Positions 37,832-47,726 of a DNA stretch of 64,000 nucleotides are shown here, in pieces. The number at the start of each line of letters is the position of its first letter. The first letter of the stretch is position 1. Below the pieces are notes generated by a model. It saw only the letters and a program-made list of their open reading frames with translations, was not told where the DNA came from and ran no database searches. A program made the translations under genes and the position numbers. Origin of the DNA: an uncultured Candidatus Saccharibacteria bacterium (GTDB lineage Bacteria; Patescibacteriota; Minisyncoccia; UBA6257; 2-01-FULL-56-20); contig CAYHZA010000001.1 in the NCBI GenBank assembly GCA_964361095.1, positions 1,456 to 65,455 of the forward strand. The letters run 5' to 3'.

Positions 37832-38303
37832 TTTTTTGGTAAACCGAGAAGCGGTATCCCTCGCGCTTTTCTTCTTCGGTAATTTCCCATTCCGTCTGCT
37901 TGATCGCGGGGAAGTATGTGTCTCCGGGAATGTTTTGCAGTACATGCGTAATACAAAGGCGGTCCGCGCTATCGATTGTCTGCGCGTAAATTTCGGCTCC
38001 CCCGATTATAAAAACATCTTCGTTTTCGTGTGCCGTGAGAGCATCGTGAACACTATGGCGTATTTCTACCTCCGGCGGTGCTTGGAAATCCTCGCTTCTC
38101 GTCACAACCACGTTTTTTCTTCCCGGAAGAGGGTGTCCGAGCGTTTTTAAAATCGACTCAAACGTTTTCCGTCCCATTATGAGCGTGTGCCCCAGTGTCA
38201 GCGTTTTGAAGCGTTTCAGGTCTTCGGGAATATGCCAGGGAATCTGATTGTCTTTTCCGATTACGTTATCTTCGGCTACCGCGGCGATAAGGGTGATACT
38301 CAT
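37818..38303 (-). CDS. folA: Dihydrofolate reductase
   Basis: IGKDNQIPWHIPEDL, MGRKT, PLPGR, IIGG, GDTYFP. Confidence 0.95.
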   Translation of the reverse strand: MSITLIAAVAEDNVIGKDNQIPWHIPEDLKRFKTLTLGHTLIMGRKTFESILKTLGHPLPGRKNVVVTRSEDFQAPPEVEIRHSVHDALTAHENEDVFIIGGAEIYAQTIDSADRLCITHVLQNIPGDTYFPAIKQTEWEITEEEKREGYRFSVYQKIRSR

Positions 38304-38307
38304 CGGT

Positions 38308-39180
38308 TTAGACGGCGATTTCGAAGTTGATTCTCGGATAACTTTGATAGTTTTCAATGAGTGTGTCTTCCGCTTTCCAATCAAAGATCGACGTGAAATT
38401 AGGAGTAGATACGGCAGGAAGAGGATATGTCGATGGGTCGCGGGAAAGTTGTTCTTTTGCTCCGTCCAAATGATTTACGTAAATGTGGGTATCCGCGAGA
38501 AATCCGACGAGATGTCCCTCCTTCAGTCTGGATTCTTTCGCGATAAGGTGCAGAAGAAGGCCGTAACTTGCGATATTAAACGGAAGGCCGAGCATGACAT
38601 CCACCGAGCGTTGATTCCAGAGGAGGTTTAACTTCCCGTTAATAACGGTTATCTGGAAGGCGTAGTGGCATGGGGGCAGACCCATCTTGTCGAGGGTGAG
38701 AGGATTCCAACTTGATACGATCATTCTCCGGTCGTTCGGATCGTTTTTTAATTTTTCGATTACGCGGCGCAGTTGATCGATGCCTTCCGTGCCGTATTGG
38801 GCTTCGTATCCGCGATATTCGGCGCCGAAGTGTCTCCATTGAAAACCGTAAATCGGTCCAAGGTCCCGCTCCTCGAGCATTTTCTGTTTCGTGACCGCGT
38901 CGTGTCCGTAAGGAACTTTTTCCGGACTCGCCCATTCATCCCAAATATGATTCCCGTGATCTTGGAGCCATTTTTTATCGGTGGAGCCTTTTATGAAGAA
39001 TTCGAGTTCGCTCGCGATGAGTCGGAACGGTATTTTTTTTGTCGTAAGAAGCGGGAATCCCCGCGTCATGTCGTGTTCGAAAATCGCGCCCGCTATCGTA
39101 AGCGCGTCTACGCCCGTTCGGTTTTTTTTCCGCTCTCCCTTTTGTATGACGTTTTGGACGATCGTTAAATACGGTTTCAT
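38308..39180 (-). CDS. thyA: Thymidylate synthase
   Basis: NRTG, PLLTTK, YGFQWR, LPPCH, QRSVD..GLPFN. Confidence 0.97.
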   Translation of the reverse strand: MKPYLTIVQNVIQKGERKKNRTGVDALTIAGAIFEHDMTRGFPLLTTKKIPFRLIASELEFFIKGSTDKKWLQDHGNHIWDEWASPEKVPYGHDAVTKQKMLEERDLGPIYGFQWRHFGAEYRGYEAQYGTEGIDQLRRVIEKLKNDPNDRRMIVSSWNPLTLDKMGLPPCHYAFQITVINGKLNLLWNQRSVDVMLGLPFNIASYGLLLHLIAKESRLKEGHLVGFLADTHIYVNHLDGAKEQLSRDPSTYPLPAVSTPNFTSIFDWKAEDTLIENYQSYPRINFEIAV

Positions 39181-39300
39181 CTGTTTTGTGTACATAGTAT
39201 CAGTGTTTTTTTCTTGGCGCAATTGATGCGTTTTAAGGTGTTGGGGCGTATATCCTATGCATCGTTGTCAAAACAAAAAAGGTGTGATATTCTTACCAGC

Positions 39301-39954
39301 ATGGAATTAGCAGTTGAAGAACGCAAAAAATTCGGGAAAGCAGGTAAAACACTCCGTGGCGAGGGTTTGATTCCCGCGGAATTGTATGGGCATGGGCTTC
39401 AAAACATGCATCTCGCGGTAAAAACAAAAGAGTTTTCAAAGGTGTTTAAAGAAGCGGGAGAGAATATCATTGTGAATCTTATGTTCGGAAAAGAAAAACT
39501 TCCGGCGCTTATCCACGATATCCAACGGCACTATGTGACCGATGAAATAATCCATATCGATTTTTATCAGGTGAGAATGGACGAAAAAATTACGACTCAT
39601 ATTCCGATCGAATTTACGGGAGACGCGCCTGCCGTAAAAGAACAAGGTGGATTTTTGAATAAAACATTGACAGAGATTGAAGTAGAAGCTTTACCGGCCG
39701 ATTTACCGCATGGTTTTACTTTGGATTTAGGATCTTTGAATGAGTTGAATAAAAGTTTATATGTTAAAGATATTTCGGTGCCGTCGGGCGTCAAGGTGCT
39801 TCTTGACCCGGAGGCGGTGGTGGTAACGGTTATTCCTCCTGTTAAAGAAGAAGAGAAGGTTGAAGTTCCCGTTGACGTAACCGCCGTCAAAGTTGAATCC
39901 GAAGAAAAGAAAGCAGAACGAGCAGCGGAAAAATCTAAAGAAGAGAAAGAGTAG
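39301..39954 (+). CDS. rplY: 50S ribosomal protein L25/Ctc
   Basis: IPAELYG, HIDFY, VEALPADLP. Confidence 0.93.
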   Translation: MELAVEERKKFGKAGKTLRGEGLIPAELYGHGLQNMHLAVKTKEFSKVFKEAGENIIVNLMFGKEKLPALIHDIQRHYVTDEIIHIDFYQVRMDEKITTHIPIEFTGDAPAVKEQGGFLNKTLTEIEVEALPADLPHGFTLDLGSLNELNKSLYVKDISVPSGVKVLLDPEAVVVTVIPPVKEEEKVEVPVDVTAVKVESEEKKAERAAEKSKEEKE

Positions 39955-40006
39955 ATTTAGAGGTGTTGTCGTTTTACAAATTCAAACGTAGTATTTAAGG
40001 CACAGT

Positions 40007-41443
40007 ATGTCGAAGCTTTCAAAACCAAGAATACTCCGAGACGTGCGGCCCTTTGGAAATATGAGCAATTTCGAAGCTCTTGCTCCGCGGGTTAATTTGC
40101 GATGGAGTTCTTTTTTTGTGATTCCCGTAGGAAGGTTTGTGAAGTATCTTGTGGGGGCTTTCGCGCTTCTTACATTCATTACGGGTTCGGCATCCGCTCC
40201 TACGATGCTTACTCTCGCGGCTCCGAATGTTCCAACGGCTCCAAATCAAGAAGAACGGAATGCGCTTGAAGTTCAACTTCAGGATCTTGAACGCCAAATC
40301 GACGAATACGAGAATCAAGTTACCACCTATAAAAAACAGGGAGGAAATTTAAAAACCCAAATTTTGAGCTTGAACGGAAAGATCTCCCAAATTAACCTTA
40401 AAATTAAGGCGGTCACTTTGACATTGGGACAAATTGATAGACAAATCGACGAAACACAAGAAGAAATTAGCGGAACCGAAGCGGAAATACGGATTAACAA
40501 GGAGGCGATAAGTATTTTATTGCAAAATATTTACGCAAACGACCAAGTAAGTTTGATAGAGATTTTTCTCGCGAAACCGAAGCTTTCCGATTTTTTTGGC
40601 GACATGAATAACATCGCGCTCCTTCAAAAGAATTTACGTGTTGCCTTGAGTGGGGGTGTGAATCTTCACGAAAAACTTACCGAAGAAAAAACTCGGCTTG
40701 TACTCGCGCGATCTGATGCGACAATGTTGAAAAACCATAATGCCGTTCAGCGCGCGGAAGTTGAGCGCACGAAGCTCGAGAAGAATAATTTGCTTCTCGC
40801 GACAAAAGGACAAGAATCAAAATATCAGTCATTACTCAAGGAAACAAAAAAAACCGCGGCGCAGATACGCAGCCGACTCTTCCAACTTTTGGGCGGGGGA
40901 GAACTTACATTCGAACAGGCTTATGAATACGCGAAGCTTGCCTCAAACGCGACGGGTGTGCGCCCCGCGCTCATTTTAGCGGTACTCGATAGAGAATCCG
41001 CGCTGGGACAAAATGTGGGACGATGCGGCTATAAAACATCAATGAGTCCGAAGAACCAGCCGATCTTTCTCGATATCACGAAGGAGTTGAAAATTAATCC
41101 GGATACGATGATGGTGTCGTGCGCGAATAAAGACGGCGCTTATGGCGGCGCTATGGGTCCCGCTCAATTTATTCCCTCAACATGGATTCTCTATCGTGAT
41201 GCGGTTGCAAGAGTTACGGGCAATACTCCGGCTTCTCCTTGGAGTAATGCCGATGCTTTCGTGGCTACCGCTTTGTATCTTCGGGATGCCGGCGCTGCAA
41301 ATGCTTCGATCACCGAAGAACGAAAGGCGGCGGCTCGCTACTATGCGGGCGGAAGATGGCAAAGGTTCCTTTGGACCTATGGTGAAGCCGTGGTGAGCCG
41401 TGCCCAGAGGTTCCAGCAGGATATCGCGGCGATAACCGGTTAG
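40007..41443 (+). CDS. Coiled-coil protein with lytic murein transglycosylase domain
   Basis: Long coil; [19 protein letters not shown]. Confidence 0.85.
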   Translation: MSKLSKPRILRDVRPFGNMSNFEALAPRVNLRWSSFFVIPVGRFVKYLVGAFALLTFITGSASAPTMLTLAAPNVPTAPNQEERNALEVQLQDLERQIDEYENQVTTYKKQGGNLKTQILSLNGKISQINLKIKAVTLTLGQIDRQIDETQEEISGTEAEIRINKEAISILLQNIYANDQVSLIEIFLAKPKLSDFFGDMNNIALLQKNLRVALSGGVNLHEKLTEEKTRLVLARSDATMLKNHNAVQRAEVERTKLEKNNLLLATKGQESKYQSLLKETKKTAAQIRSRLFQLLGGGELTFEQAYEYAKLASNATGVRPALILAVLDRESALGQNVGRCGYKTSMSPKNQPIFLDITKELKINPDTMMVSCANKDGAYGGAMGPAQFIPSTWILYRDAVARVTGNTPASPWSNADAFVATALYLRDAGAANASITEERKAAARYYAGGRWQRFLWTYGEAVVSRAQRFQQDIAAITG

Positions 41444-41565
41444 TGTTTTAGTCCGGGGTTTTAGGGCGTCACAAGACCGGCCGGCACGCCGGCTATTTCA
41501 TTTCTCCGAGAATTTCTTTACTATTAGATTGTCGAATAAAATCTTATATCACCATAGTAAACGTT

Positions 41566-42831
41566 ATGCATAAAAAAATAGTCCTTAGGAATGGTTTACG
41601 TCTTATTCTCGCGCCCCAGCCGACGAGTTTTGCGGCGACGGCCCTTATTTTAGTCGAAGCCGGTTCGGAGTATGAGACAAAGGATATAAACGGTGTCTCC
41701 CATTTCCTTGAGCATATGGTGTTTAAGGGTACGACGAAGCGGCCGGAGGCAAGCACTATCTCAAGCGAACTCGACAGCCTTGGCGCCGAATACAATGCTT
41801 TCACCGGTCAGGAATACACGGGTTATTGGGCGAAGGTTCAGAACAAAAAAATCGCGGAAATCTTGGATATTGTCGCGGATATGTATTTAAATCCGCTTTT
41901 TAAGTCCGAAGAGATTGACAAGGAACGGGGAGTGATTATTGAAGAGATCAATCTTTACGAAGACACGCCAACGCGCCGCGTGCATGATCTTTTTACGACG
42001 CTTCTTTATGGCAACCAGCCGGCTGGCTGGGATATCGGAGGAAGAAAAGAAGTTATCAGAAAATTAAAGCGGGAAGATTTTATCAAGTATCGTGCAGCGC
42101 ATTACGTTGCCCCGGCAACGGTAGTGGCGATTGCGGGAAATTTCAACGTGAAAAGAGTTATGGCGCAAGTAAAGGGACTCTTTGGTGGCCTCAAGCGTGA
42201 GCGAAAACAAGGGAAATCACGCACTCATGAATCACAATCAAAACCGAAGATGTTTTTGAAATTCAAGGAATCGGAGCAGAGCCATCTTGTATTGGGGACT
42301 CGCGCATTCAATCTTTTTGACAAGCGGCGTTATGCGCTCCAGGTTTTGAGCGATGTCTTAGGAGGAGGGATGAGTTCCCGTCTTTTCCGGAGAGTTCGTG
42401 AGGAACTTGGCGCCGCATATTACGTCCGCGCGGGATCGGAATTATCGATCGATCACGGCTATCTCTCGGTTTCGGCGGGTGTTGATCATTTGAAAATTGA
42501 AAAAGTAATAGCGATCGTACTCGAAGAAATGAACCGCTTGAAAAAAGAGGAGATTCCTCGCGGAGAACTTCAAAAGGCAAAGGATCATCTTTCGGGGAGT
42601 GTTATCTTGGGTTTGGAAACGTCGGATGAACTTGCCGGTTTTTACGGCGGAGAAGAGATCGCGACGCGCTCCATTGAAGAACCGGAGGTCCTTATTAAAA
42701 AGATCCAGAAGGTTACTGCCGAGGAGATAAGAAAAGTCGCGCAAGATATTTTCCAAAATGCCAAGTTGAATATGGTCGTTATCGGACCCTATAAGAAAGA
42801 AGATACATTCAAACGAATTCTAAAACTATAA
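41566..42831 (+). CDS. M16 family zinc peptidase
   Basis: HFLEH, NAFT, LGGGMSSRLF. Confidence 0.93.
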   Translation: MHKKIVLRNGLRLILAPQPTSFAATALILVEAGSEYETKDINGVSHFLEHMVFKGTTKRPEASTISSELDSLGAEYNAFTGQEYTGYWAKVQNKKIAEILDIVADMYLNPLFKSEEIDKERGVIIEEINLYEDTPTRRVHDLFTTLLYGNQPAGWDIGGRKEVIRKLKREDFIKYRAAHYVAPATVVAIAGNFNVKRVMAQVKGLFGGLKRERKQGKSRTHESQSKPKMFLKFKESEQSHLVLGTRAFNLFDKRRYALQVLSDVLGGGMSSRLFRRVREELGAAYYVRAGSELSIDHGYLSVSAGVDHLKIEKVIAIVLEEMNRLKKEEIPRGELQKAKDHLSGSVILGLETSDELAGFYGGEEIATRSIEEPEVLIKKIQKVTAEEIRKVAQDIFQNAKLNMVVIGPYKKEDTFKRILKL

Positions 42832-42847
42832 GATAAAAACTGCTCGT

Positions 42848-43870
42848 ATGGAAAAGGTCAATTTGGAAATTTCATGGGGTGCGCTCTGGCGAGTGCTTTT
42901 CTTTGTTCTCTTTGTTGCGGTTATGTTTTTGGCGCGTCAGATCTTTTTCGGTCTTTTCCTCGCGATCGTGATTTCTTCGGGACTTGAGGGTGTCGTGAAT
43001 TTTTTGGAAAAACGCGGTTTACCGCGGGCGTTAAGCGTTATTGCTATTTTCGTCGCGGGTATTGTGATGGTGATAGGAGTGGTTTATCTCGCGGTGCCTC
43101 TTCTTATCGCGGATATTAATATCGCGGTTACCAGTTTTAATAAATCGATCCAATCGTTCGGATTCGGACCCGTGTTGAATCCCGAGATCTTGAAGTCATT
43201 CAACGGTTTTATCACGAGAATTTCAACGAGTTTATTTTCTTCCGACAGTACGTCGCCGCTTGAAGCGCTTTCCGGATTTTTGGGGGGATTAAGTCTGGCG
43301 GTTTCGGTATTCGTGAGCTCGTTTTACTTGAGTCTTACCAAGGACGGAGTTGAGCGTTTCATTCGCGCGGTATTTCCCGCCGATTCGGAAGAAGCGGCGC
43401 TTCGTGTATATGATCGTTCAAAACGACAGATTGCGATTTGGTTCCGTACGCAAGTGATCTTGAGTTTTGTGATAGGAATTTTGGTTTGGGGAGCGCTTTC
43501 TGTTTTAGGAGTAAAGCATGCCTTGCTTCTTGCGATTCTTGCCGGTCTCTTTGAAATTGTGCCGTATGTAGGACCGATCTTGGCGGGCGCCACGGCGGTG
43601 CTTGCGGCTCTCGCGGTTTCCCCTGGCCTCGCGCTTACGACACTTATCGTCTTCCTCGGTATACAACAGCTCGAAAACCATATTCTTGTACCCGTGTTGA
43701 TGAAGCGTTCCGTAGGGCTTCATCCCGTTGTGGTGATCATCGCATTACTTGTGGGAGCGGAGATCATGGGCTTTTTGGGAATCCTCATCGCGGTTCCTGT
43801 CGCCGCGATATTTCAGGAGGTTGTCGAAGATTGGTCCAGTAAAAAAAGATCGCGTTCCGCCGCTTCTTAG
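42848..43870 (+). CDS. AI-2E family transporter
   Basis: VPYVGP, QQLENHILVP, GLHP, AVPVAA. Confidence 0.9.
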   Translation: MEKVNLEISWGALWRVLFFVLFVAVMFLARQIFFGLFLAIVISSGLEGVVNFLEKRGLPRALSVIAIFVAGIVMVIGVVYLAVPLLIADINIAVTSFNKSIQSFGFGPVLNPEILKSFNGFITRISTSLFSSDSTSPLEALSGFLGGLSLAVSVFVSSFYLSLTKDGVERFIRAVFPADSEEAALRVYDRSKRQIAIWFRTQVILSFVIGILVWGALSVLGVKHALLLAILAGLFEIVPYVGPILAGATAVLAALAVSPGLALTTLIVFLGIQQLENHILVPVLMKRSVGLHPVVVIIALLVGAEIMGFLGILIAVPVAAIFQEVVEDWSSKKRSRSAAS

Positions 43871-43873
43871 CCG

Positions 43874-45328
43874 ATGAGAAAGTTCTATATTACGACGGCG
43901 ATCGATTACGTGAATGACAAGCCGCATCTTGGCCATGCCTTGGAAAAAGTGCAGGCTGATGTTATCGCGCGTTATCATCGCCTCAAAGGCGATGATGTTT
44001 TCTTTTTAACGGGCACGGACGAGCATGGACAGAAAATCGCCCGTGCGGCAAAAGGGGTAGAGAAGGAGCCGCAAAAATTCGTAGATGAAGTTTCCGAGAA
44101 ATTTCGGTCTTTGAAAGACGCGCTTAATTTATCGTATAACGATTTTATCCGCACGAGCGATAAAGAACGGCACTGGCCGGGAGCAGTAAATATGTGGCGG
44201 GAACTTATGCTCGCGGGCGCGATCTACAAGAAAAACTACAAGGGATTTTATTGCGTGGGACACGAGGCGTTTATTACGGAAAAAGAGTTAATTGACGGTA
44301 AATGCCCGGATCATGGGAAAGAGCCCGAAATTATCGAAGAGGAGAATTATTTTTTTAAACTCTCGGAATATGGTTCGCGGATCAAAGAGAAAATAGAGAG
44401 TGATGAATTTCAGATTATTCCGGAGAGTCGTAAGAATGAGATTCTGTCTTTGATTGATCGTGGGCTTGAGGATATAAGCTTTTCACGTTCCGCAAAAAAT
44501 TTAGAGTGGGGCATACCGGTGCCGGATGATTCGGATCAGGTGATGTATGTGTGGTGCGACGCGCTCACAAATTATCTTTCGGCAATCGGCTATGGGCAGA
44601 ATGATGATTATAAAAAATGGTGGCCGGCGGATGTGCAGGTAATCGGCAAGGACATTCTGCGTTTTCACGCCGCAATCTGGCCCGCGATGCTTTTGGCCGC
44701 AGGCTTGGAATTGCCCCAAAAGCTTTTTGTGCATGGGTTTATTACGGTAGATGGCAAGAAAATGTCTAAAACGATTGGGAATGTTCTCGACCCGGTGGAA
44801 TTTATAGAAAAACTGGTTCAAAGGGGCGTTCCGCGAGAGAGCGCAATAGATGCCCTTCGTTATTATTTACTGCGCGAAATTCCCTCGACCGAGGACGGCG
44901 ATTTTTCCGAAGAGAAATTTATCGAGCGCTATAATGCCGATTTGGCGAACGGATTGGGGAATTTGGTAAGTCGTGTTATGAAAATGGCAGGATCTTTTGG
45001 GGCAAAATTAAAAAAGGATGAAGTGGGAAAAATCGAGGGAGACATAACTAATTTACAAATCAATGAAATGTTATTGTGCTTTAATTTTGCTCATGCGCTC
45101 GAGATGATAATGGGTTATTTTAGACAATGCGACATTTACATACAAGAGAAAGAACCATACAAATTGGAGGGTGAACAGGGGCGTTTCCATGTCGAGTATC
45201 TGATGGCGGCCCTGTATAGGGACATAGAGTTTTTGGAACCATTTTTACCGGCAACAAGTAAAAAAATTTTCGACATACTCGAACGTGGTCTAGAGGTAAA
45301 AAACCCTCTTTTCCCCCGCATTTCCTAA
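43874..45328 (+). CDS. metG: Methionine--tRNA ligase
   Basis: HLGH, GTDEHG, YVWCDAL, GKDILRFH, KMSKT. Confidence 0.97.
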   Translation: MRKFYITTAIDYVNDKPHLGHALEKVQADVIARYHRLKGDDVFFLTGTDEHGQKIARAAKGVEKEPQKFVDEVSEKFRSLKDALNLSYNDFIRTSDKERHWPGAVNMWRELMLAGAIYKKNYKGFYCVGHEAFITEKELIDGKCPDHGKEPEIIEEENYFFKLSEYGSRIKEKIESDEFQIIPESRKNEILSLIDRGLEDISFSRSAKNLEWGIPVPDDSDQVMYVWCDALTNYLSAIGYGQNDDYKKWWPADVQVIGKDILRFHAAIWPAMLLAAGLELPQKLFVHGFITVDGKKMSKTIGNVLDPVEFIEKLVQRGVPRESAIDALRYYLLREIPSTEDGDFSEEKFIERYNADLANGLGNLVSRVMKMAGSFGAKLKKDEVGKIEGDITNLQINEMLLCFNFAHALEMIMGYFRQCDIYIQEKEPYKLEGEQGRFHVEYLMAALYRDIEFLEPFLPATSKKIFDILERGLEVKNPLFPRIS

Positions 45329-46156
45329 ATGTATTTCGACGCTCACACTCATTCGCATTTTGCCGCTTTCGAAAACGACTGGAAGGAAGTTATTGATCGT
45401 GCGCTTGCCAAGAATGTATGGATGATTAACGTCGGCACGCAGGCAGATACCTCAAAGAGCGCTATCGAAGTTGCGTATGGATATAAAGAAGGCGTATACG
45501 CGACTGTAGGTCTCCATCCTATTCACACGGAAAAATCGTATCATGACGCGAATGAACTTGGTGATTCTGAAGAGGCGAAAGGATTTACAAGCCGCGGAGA
45601 GGAGTTTGATTATGCCGCGTATTTAAAACTCGCCGAGGATCCCAAGGTGGTCGCGATAGGCGAGTGTGGATTGGATTATTACCGTTTAAGCGAAGAAACT
45701 CGTAAGCGCCAAGAGGCGACGTTCTTGGGACACGTGGAACTTGCGCATGAGGTGAAAAAGCCGCTTATGATTCATTGCAGGAACGCTTTTGCGGACCTTA
45801 TTCGCATCCTTGGGGCGGCAAAAGATTCTTTAAATGACCAGCCGGGTGTCATCCATTTTTTCACCGGAACTCCGGAGGACGCAAAGCAACTTCTGGATCT
45901 TGGATTTTCTTTTACGTTCGGCGGGGTGATCACATTCGCGCGGGATTACGATGAAGTCATAAAAACGATACCTATAGATAGAATACTCTCCGAAACCGAC
46001 GCGCCCTATGTAACTCCCGTGCCCTATCGCGGCAAGCGCAACGAGCCGGCGTACGTGGTTGAGGTGGTCAAAAAATTGGCGGAACTTAAAAATATCGAGG
46101 TGGACAGAATGGAAGCATATATATTTGACAACGCCAAACATATCTTTAAGATATAG
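45329..46156 (+). CDS. tatD: TatD family DNase
   Basis: DAHTH, GLHP, IGECGLDY, ETDAPY. Confidence 0.93.
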   Translation: MYFDAHTHSHFAAFENDWKEVIDRALAKNVWMINVGTQADTSKSAIEVAYGYKEGVYATVGLHPIHTEKSYHDANELGDSEEAKGFTSRGEEFDYAAYLKLAEDPKVVAIGECGLDYYRLSEETRKRQEATFLGHVELAHEVKKPLMIHCRNAFADLIRILGAAKDSLNDQPGVIHFFTGTPEDAKQLLDLGFSFTFGGVITFARDYDEVIKTIPIDRILSETDAPYVTPVPYRGKRNEPAYVVEVVKKLAELKNIEVDRMEAYIFDNAKHIFKI

Positions 46157-46663
46157 ACAGCAATTCTCGACATCAAGGAGGAAGAAGAGATGTATAGCGA
46201 CGATGTTGTGCGCCAGCTTTTCTACCAGATTGTGGTTCGCCTGCGGGATTCCTTGGGAAAGCCAAAGCCTTTTCACTACAAGCTCGCGATTCTGCTCGGA
46301 GTAAGGGAGCAAGAGGTGCGTTCGTGGGAAGGCGGAGGTCTGCCCGATGAGCAGACGGTGTGGAAAGCGCTCCGCTTGCAGATGCTTCTTGATGCCTTGG
46401 GTAATCAGGTGAACGCAGAAGACCGGATAGGTTTTCTACTTCGGTTCCACCAGGGGCTTTCTGGCCTCCGTCCCATAGACTGTCTTGATTCGGCGTCGGC
46501 AGCGGCCGAGGTGAGGCAACTTGTGTTTGGGGATAGAAATGGTGGGAACGAGATTCCTCAGGGATAGGATACAGCTCCCATAGAAATTCAAAAGCCGCAT
46601 GGTTCGCCCAGCGGCATTTTATTTATGGTGTTTGCAAACGCCAAACATATCTTTAAGATATAG
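46130..46663. repeat. 27-bp direct repeat of the tatD 3' end (46130-46156 and 46637-46663)
   Basis: AACGCCAAACATATCTTTAAGATATAG occurs twice. Confidence 0.85.
46190..46567 (+). CDS. Hypothetical HTH protein, Xre/MbcA-antitoxin-like
   Basis: LAILLGVREQEVRSWE (HTH-like) and LSGLRPIDCL; RBS AGGAGG. Confidence 0.55.
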   Translation: MYSDDVVRQLFYQIVVRLRDSLGKPKPFHYKLAILLGVREQEVRSWEGGGLPDEQTVWKALRLQMLLDALGNQVNAEDRIGFLLRFHQGLSGLRPIDCLDSASAAAEVRQLVFGDRNGGNEIPQG

Positions 46664-46693
46664 GCAGAAGCTTGATAAACTACCTTTGATGGT

Positions 46694-47266
46694 TTGGAGG
46701 ATATTGTGGAAAAAACCAGAAGAAAGATCTGTGTGTTTTGCGCTTCGGCTCCGAGCACTCCGATCGAACACGTGAAACTTGCCGAACAATTCGGGAAAGA
46801 CCTCGCCGTGGGCGGGTTCGATCTGGTATGGGGCGGCTGTGAAGCGGCCTCGATGGGGGCTCTTGCAAGAGGCGTTCAATCCGGAGGCGGCAAGGTATTC
46901 GGCGTCATTTTGGAACGCATGTTGGAAGAGGGGCTTGTCTATCGTTCTTCCGACATCCTCTACGCGGAAGAAACCCTCTCAGCGCGCAAACAGCTCATGG
47001 GAGAAATGGCGGATGCGTTCGTGGTTTTGCCGGGAGGATTTGGAACCCTCGACGAATTCGCTTCCCGCCTTGCGGAATCCATTATTGACGCAAAGCACGG
47101 AATCCAGCACAAGAAAATCGCCGTTTTGAACTGGGAGAGATTTTACAGCGACCTTGTCTGTTTTCTCGAAGGTCTTTATGCCTACCGGTTCGCCGACATC
47201 TCGTATCGGGACCTGTATAGGATTCTTCCAGATACGCAATCCGTTCTTGAGTACCTGAAGGAATAA
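46694..47266 (+). CDS. LOG family (TIGR00730) protein
   Basis: ICVFC, LVWGG, RKQLM, LPGGFGTLDE. Confidence 0.9.
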   Translation: MEDIVEKTRRKICVFCASAPSTPIEHVKLAEQFGKDLAVGGFDLVWGGCEAASMGALARGVQSGGGKVFGVILERMLEEGLVYRSSDILYAEETLSARKQLMGEMADAFVVLPGGFGTLDEFASRLAESIIDAKHGIQHKKIAVLNWERFYSDLVCFLEGLYAYRFADISYRDLYRILPDTQSVLEYLKE

Positions 47267-47296
47267 AATTTTTTACCAAGATTAGGGAGGTATTCC

Positions 47297-47467
47297 GTGA
47301 AGAAGAAACAAGAACCCGAACTTCGCCTACGTCAGCTTACGCAGGAGGAGATGCGAGAAGCGCTTGTGCGAGAGGCGGCAGAGCTTGAAGCGGCATTTCG
47401 AGAGTTGGATCGAATCCGCTGTGGCGTGTCACAGAGATTTCTTCGGGAGACGAAATTCAATGTCTAA
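47297..47467 (+). CDS. 56-aa small protein (absent from ORF track)
   Basis: RBS GGGAGG and GTG start; VKKKQEPELRLRQLTQEEMREALVREAAEL... Confidence 0.5.
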   Translation: MKKKQEPELRLRQLTQEEMREALVREAAELEAAFRELDRIRCGVSQRFLRETKFNV

Positions 47468-47630
47468 TGAGCAATCGGAAAAGAAAATAGTTTTTGAAGT
47501 TCGTGAGCTTTCCCACGAGGAAATCGTCGAGTGTGCTCGCGAGGGTCGGCGGCTTCGGCGGGAGATGCAAAAAGAGATCGATGGGACTCGGCACATTTCG
47601 TCCGAAGCGTGGAACTTCCACGTTGACTAA
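47460..47630 (+). CDS. 56-aa small protein resembling the upstream ORF
   Basis: ATG overlaps the upstream ORF end; VRELSHEEIVECARE aligns with LRQLTQEEMREALVRE. Confidence 0.5.
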   Translation: MSNEQSEKKIVFEVRELSHEEIVECAREGRRLRREMQKEIDGTRHISSEAWNFHVD

Positions 47631-47726
47631 TCCCTGCATACTCATTTTTCGGTGTTTCATCATGACCGCGGAGCATTATTCTGCGGTCTTTTTTTTGCTC
47701 ATTTTTTGCGGTAAAATCTTAATACC

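Noticed and set aside
47364-47459. Extended 88-aa version of the ORF ending at 47630
   Set aside because: The N-terminal extension overlaps a better-supported upstream ORF with an RBS; the ATG at 47460 is preferred.
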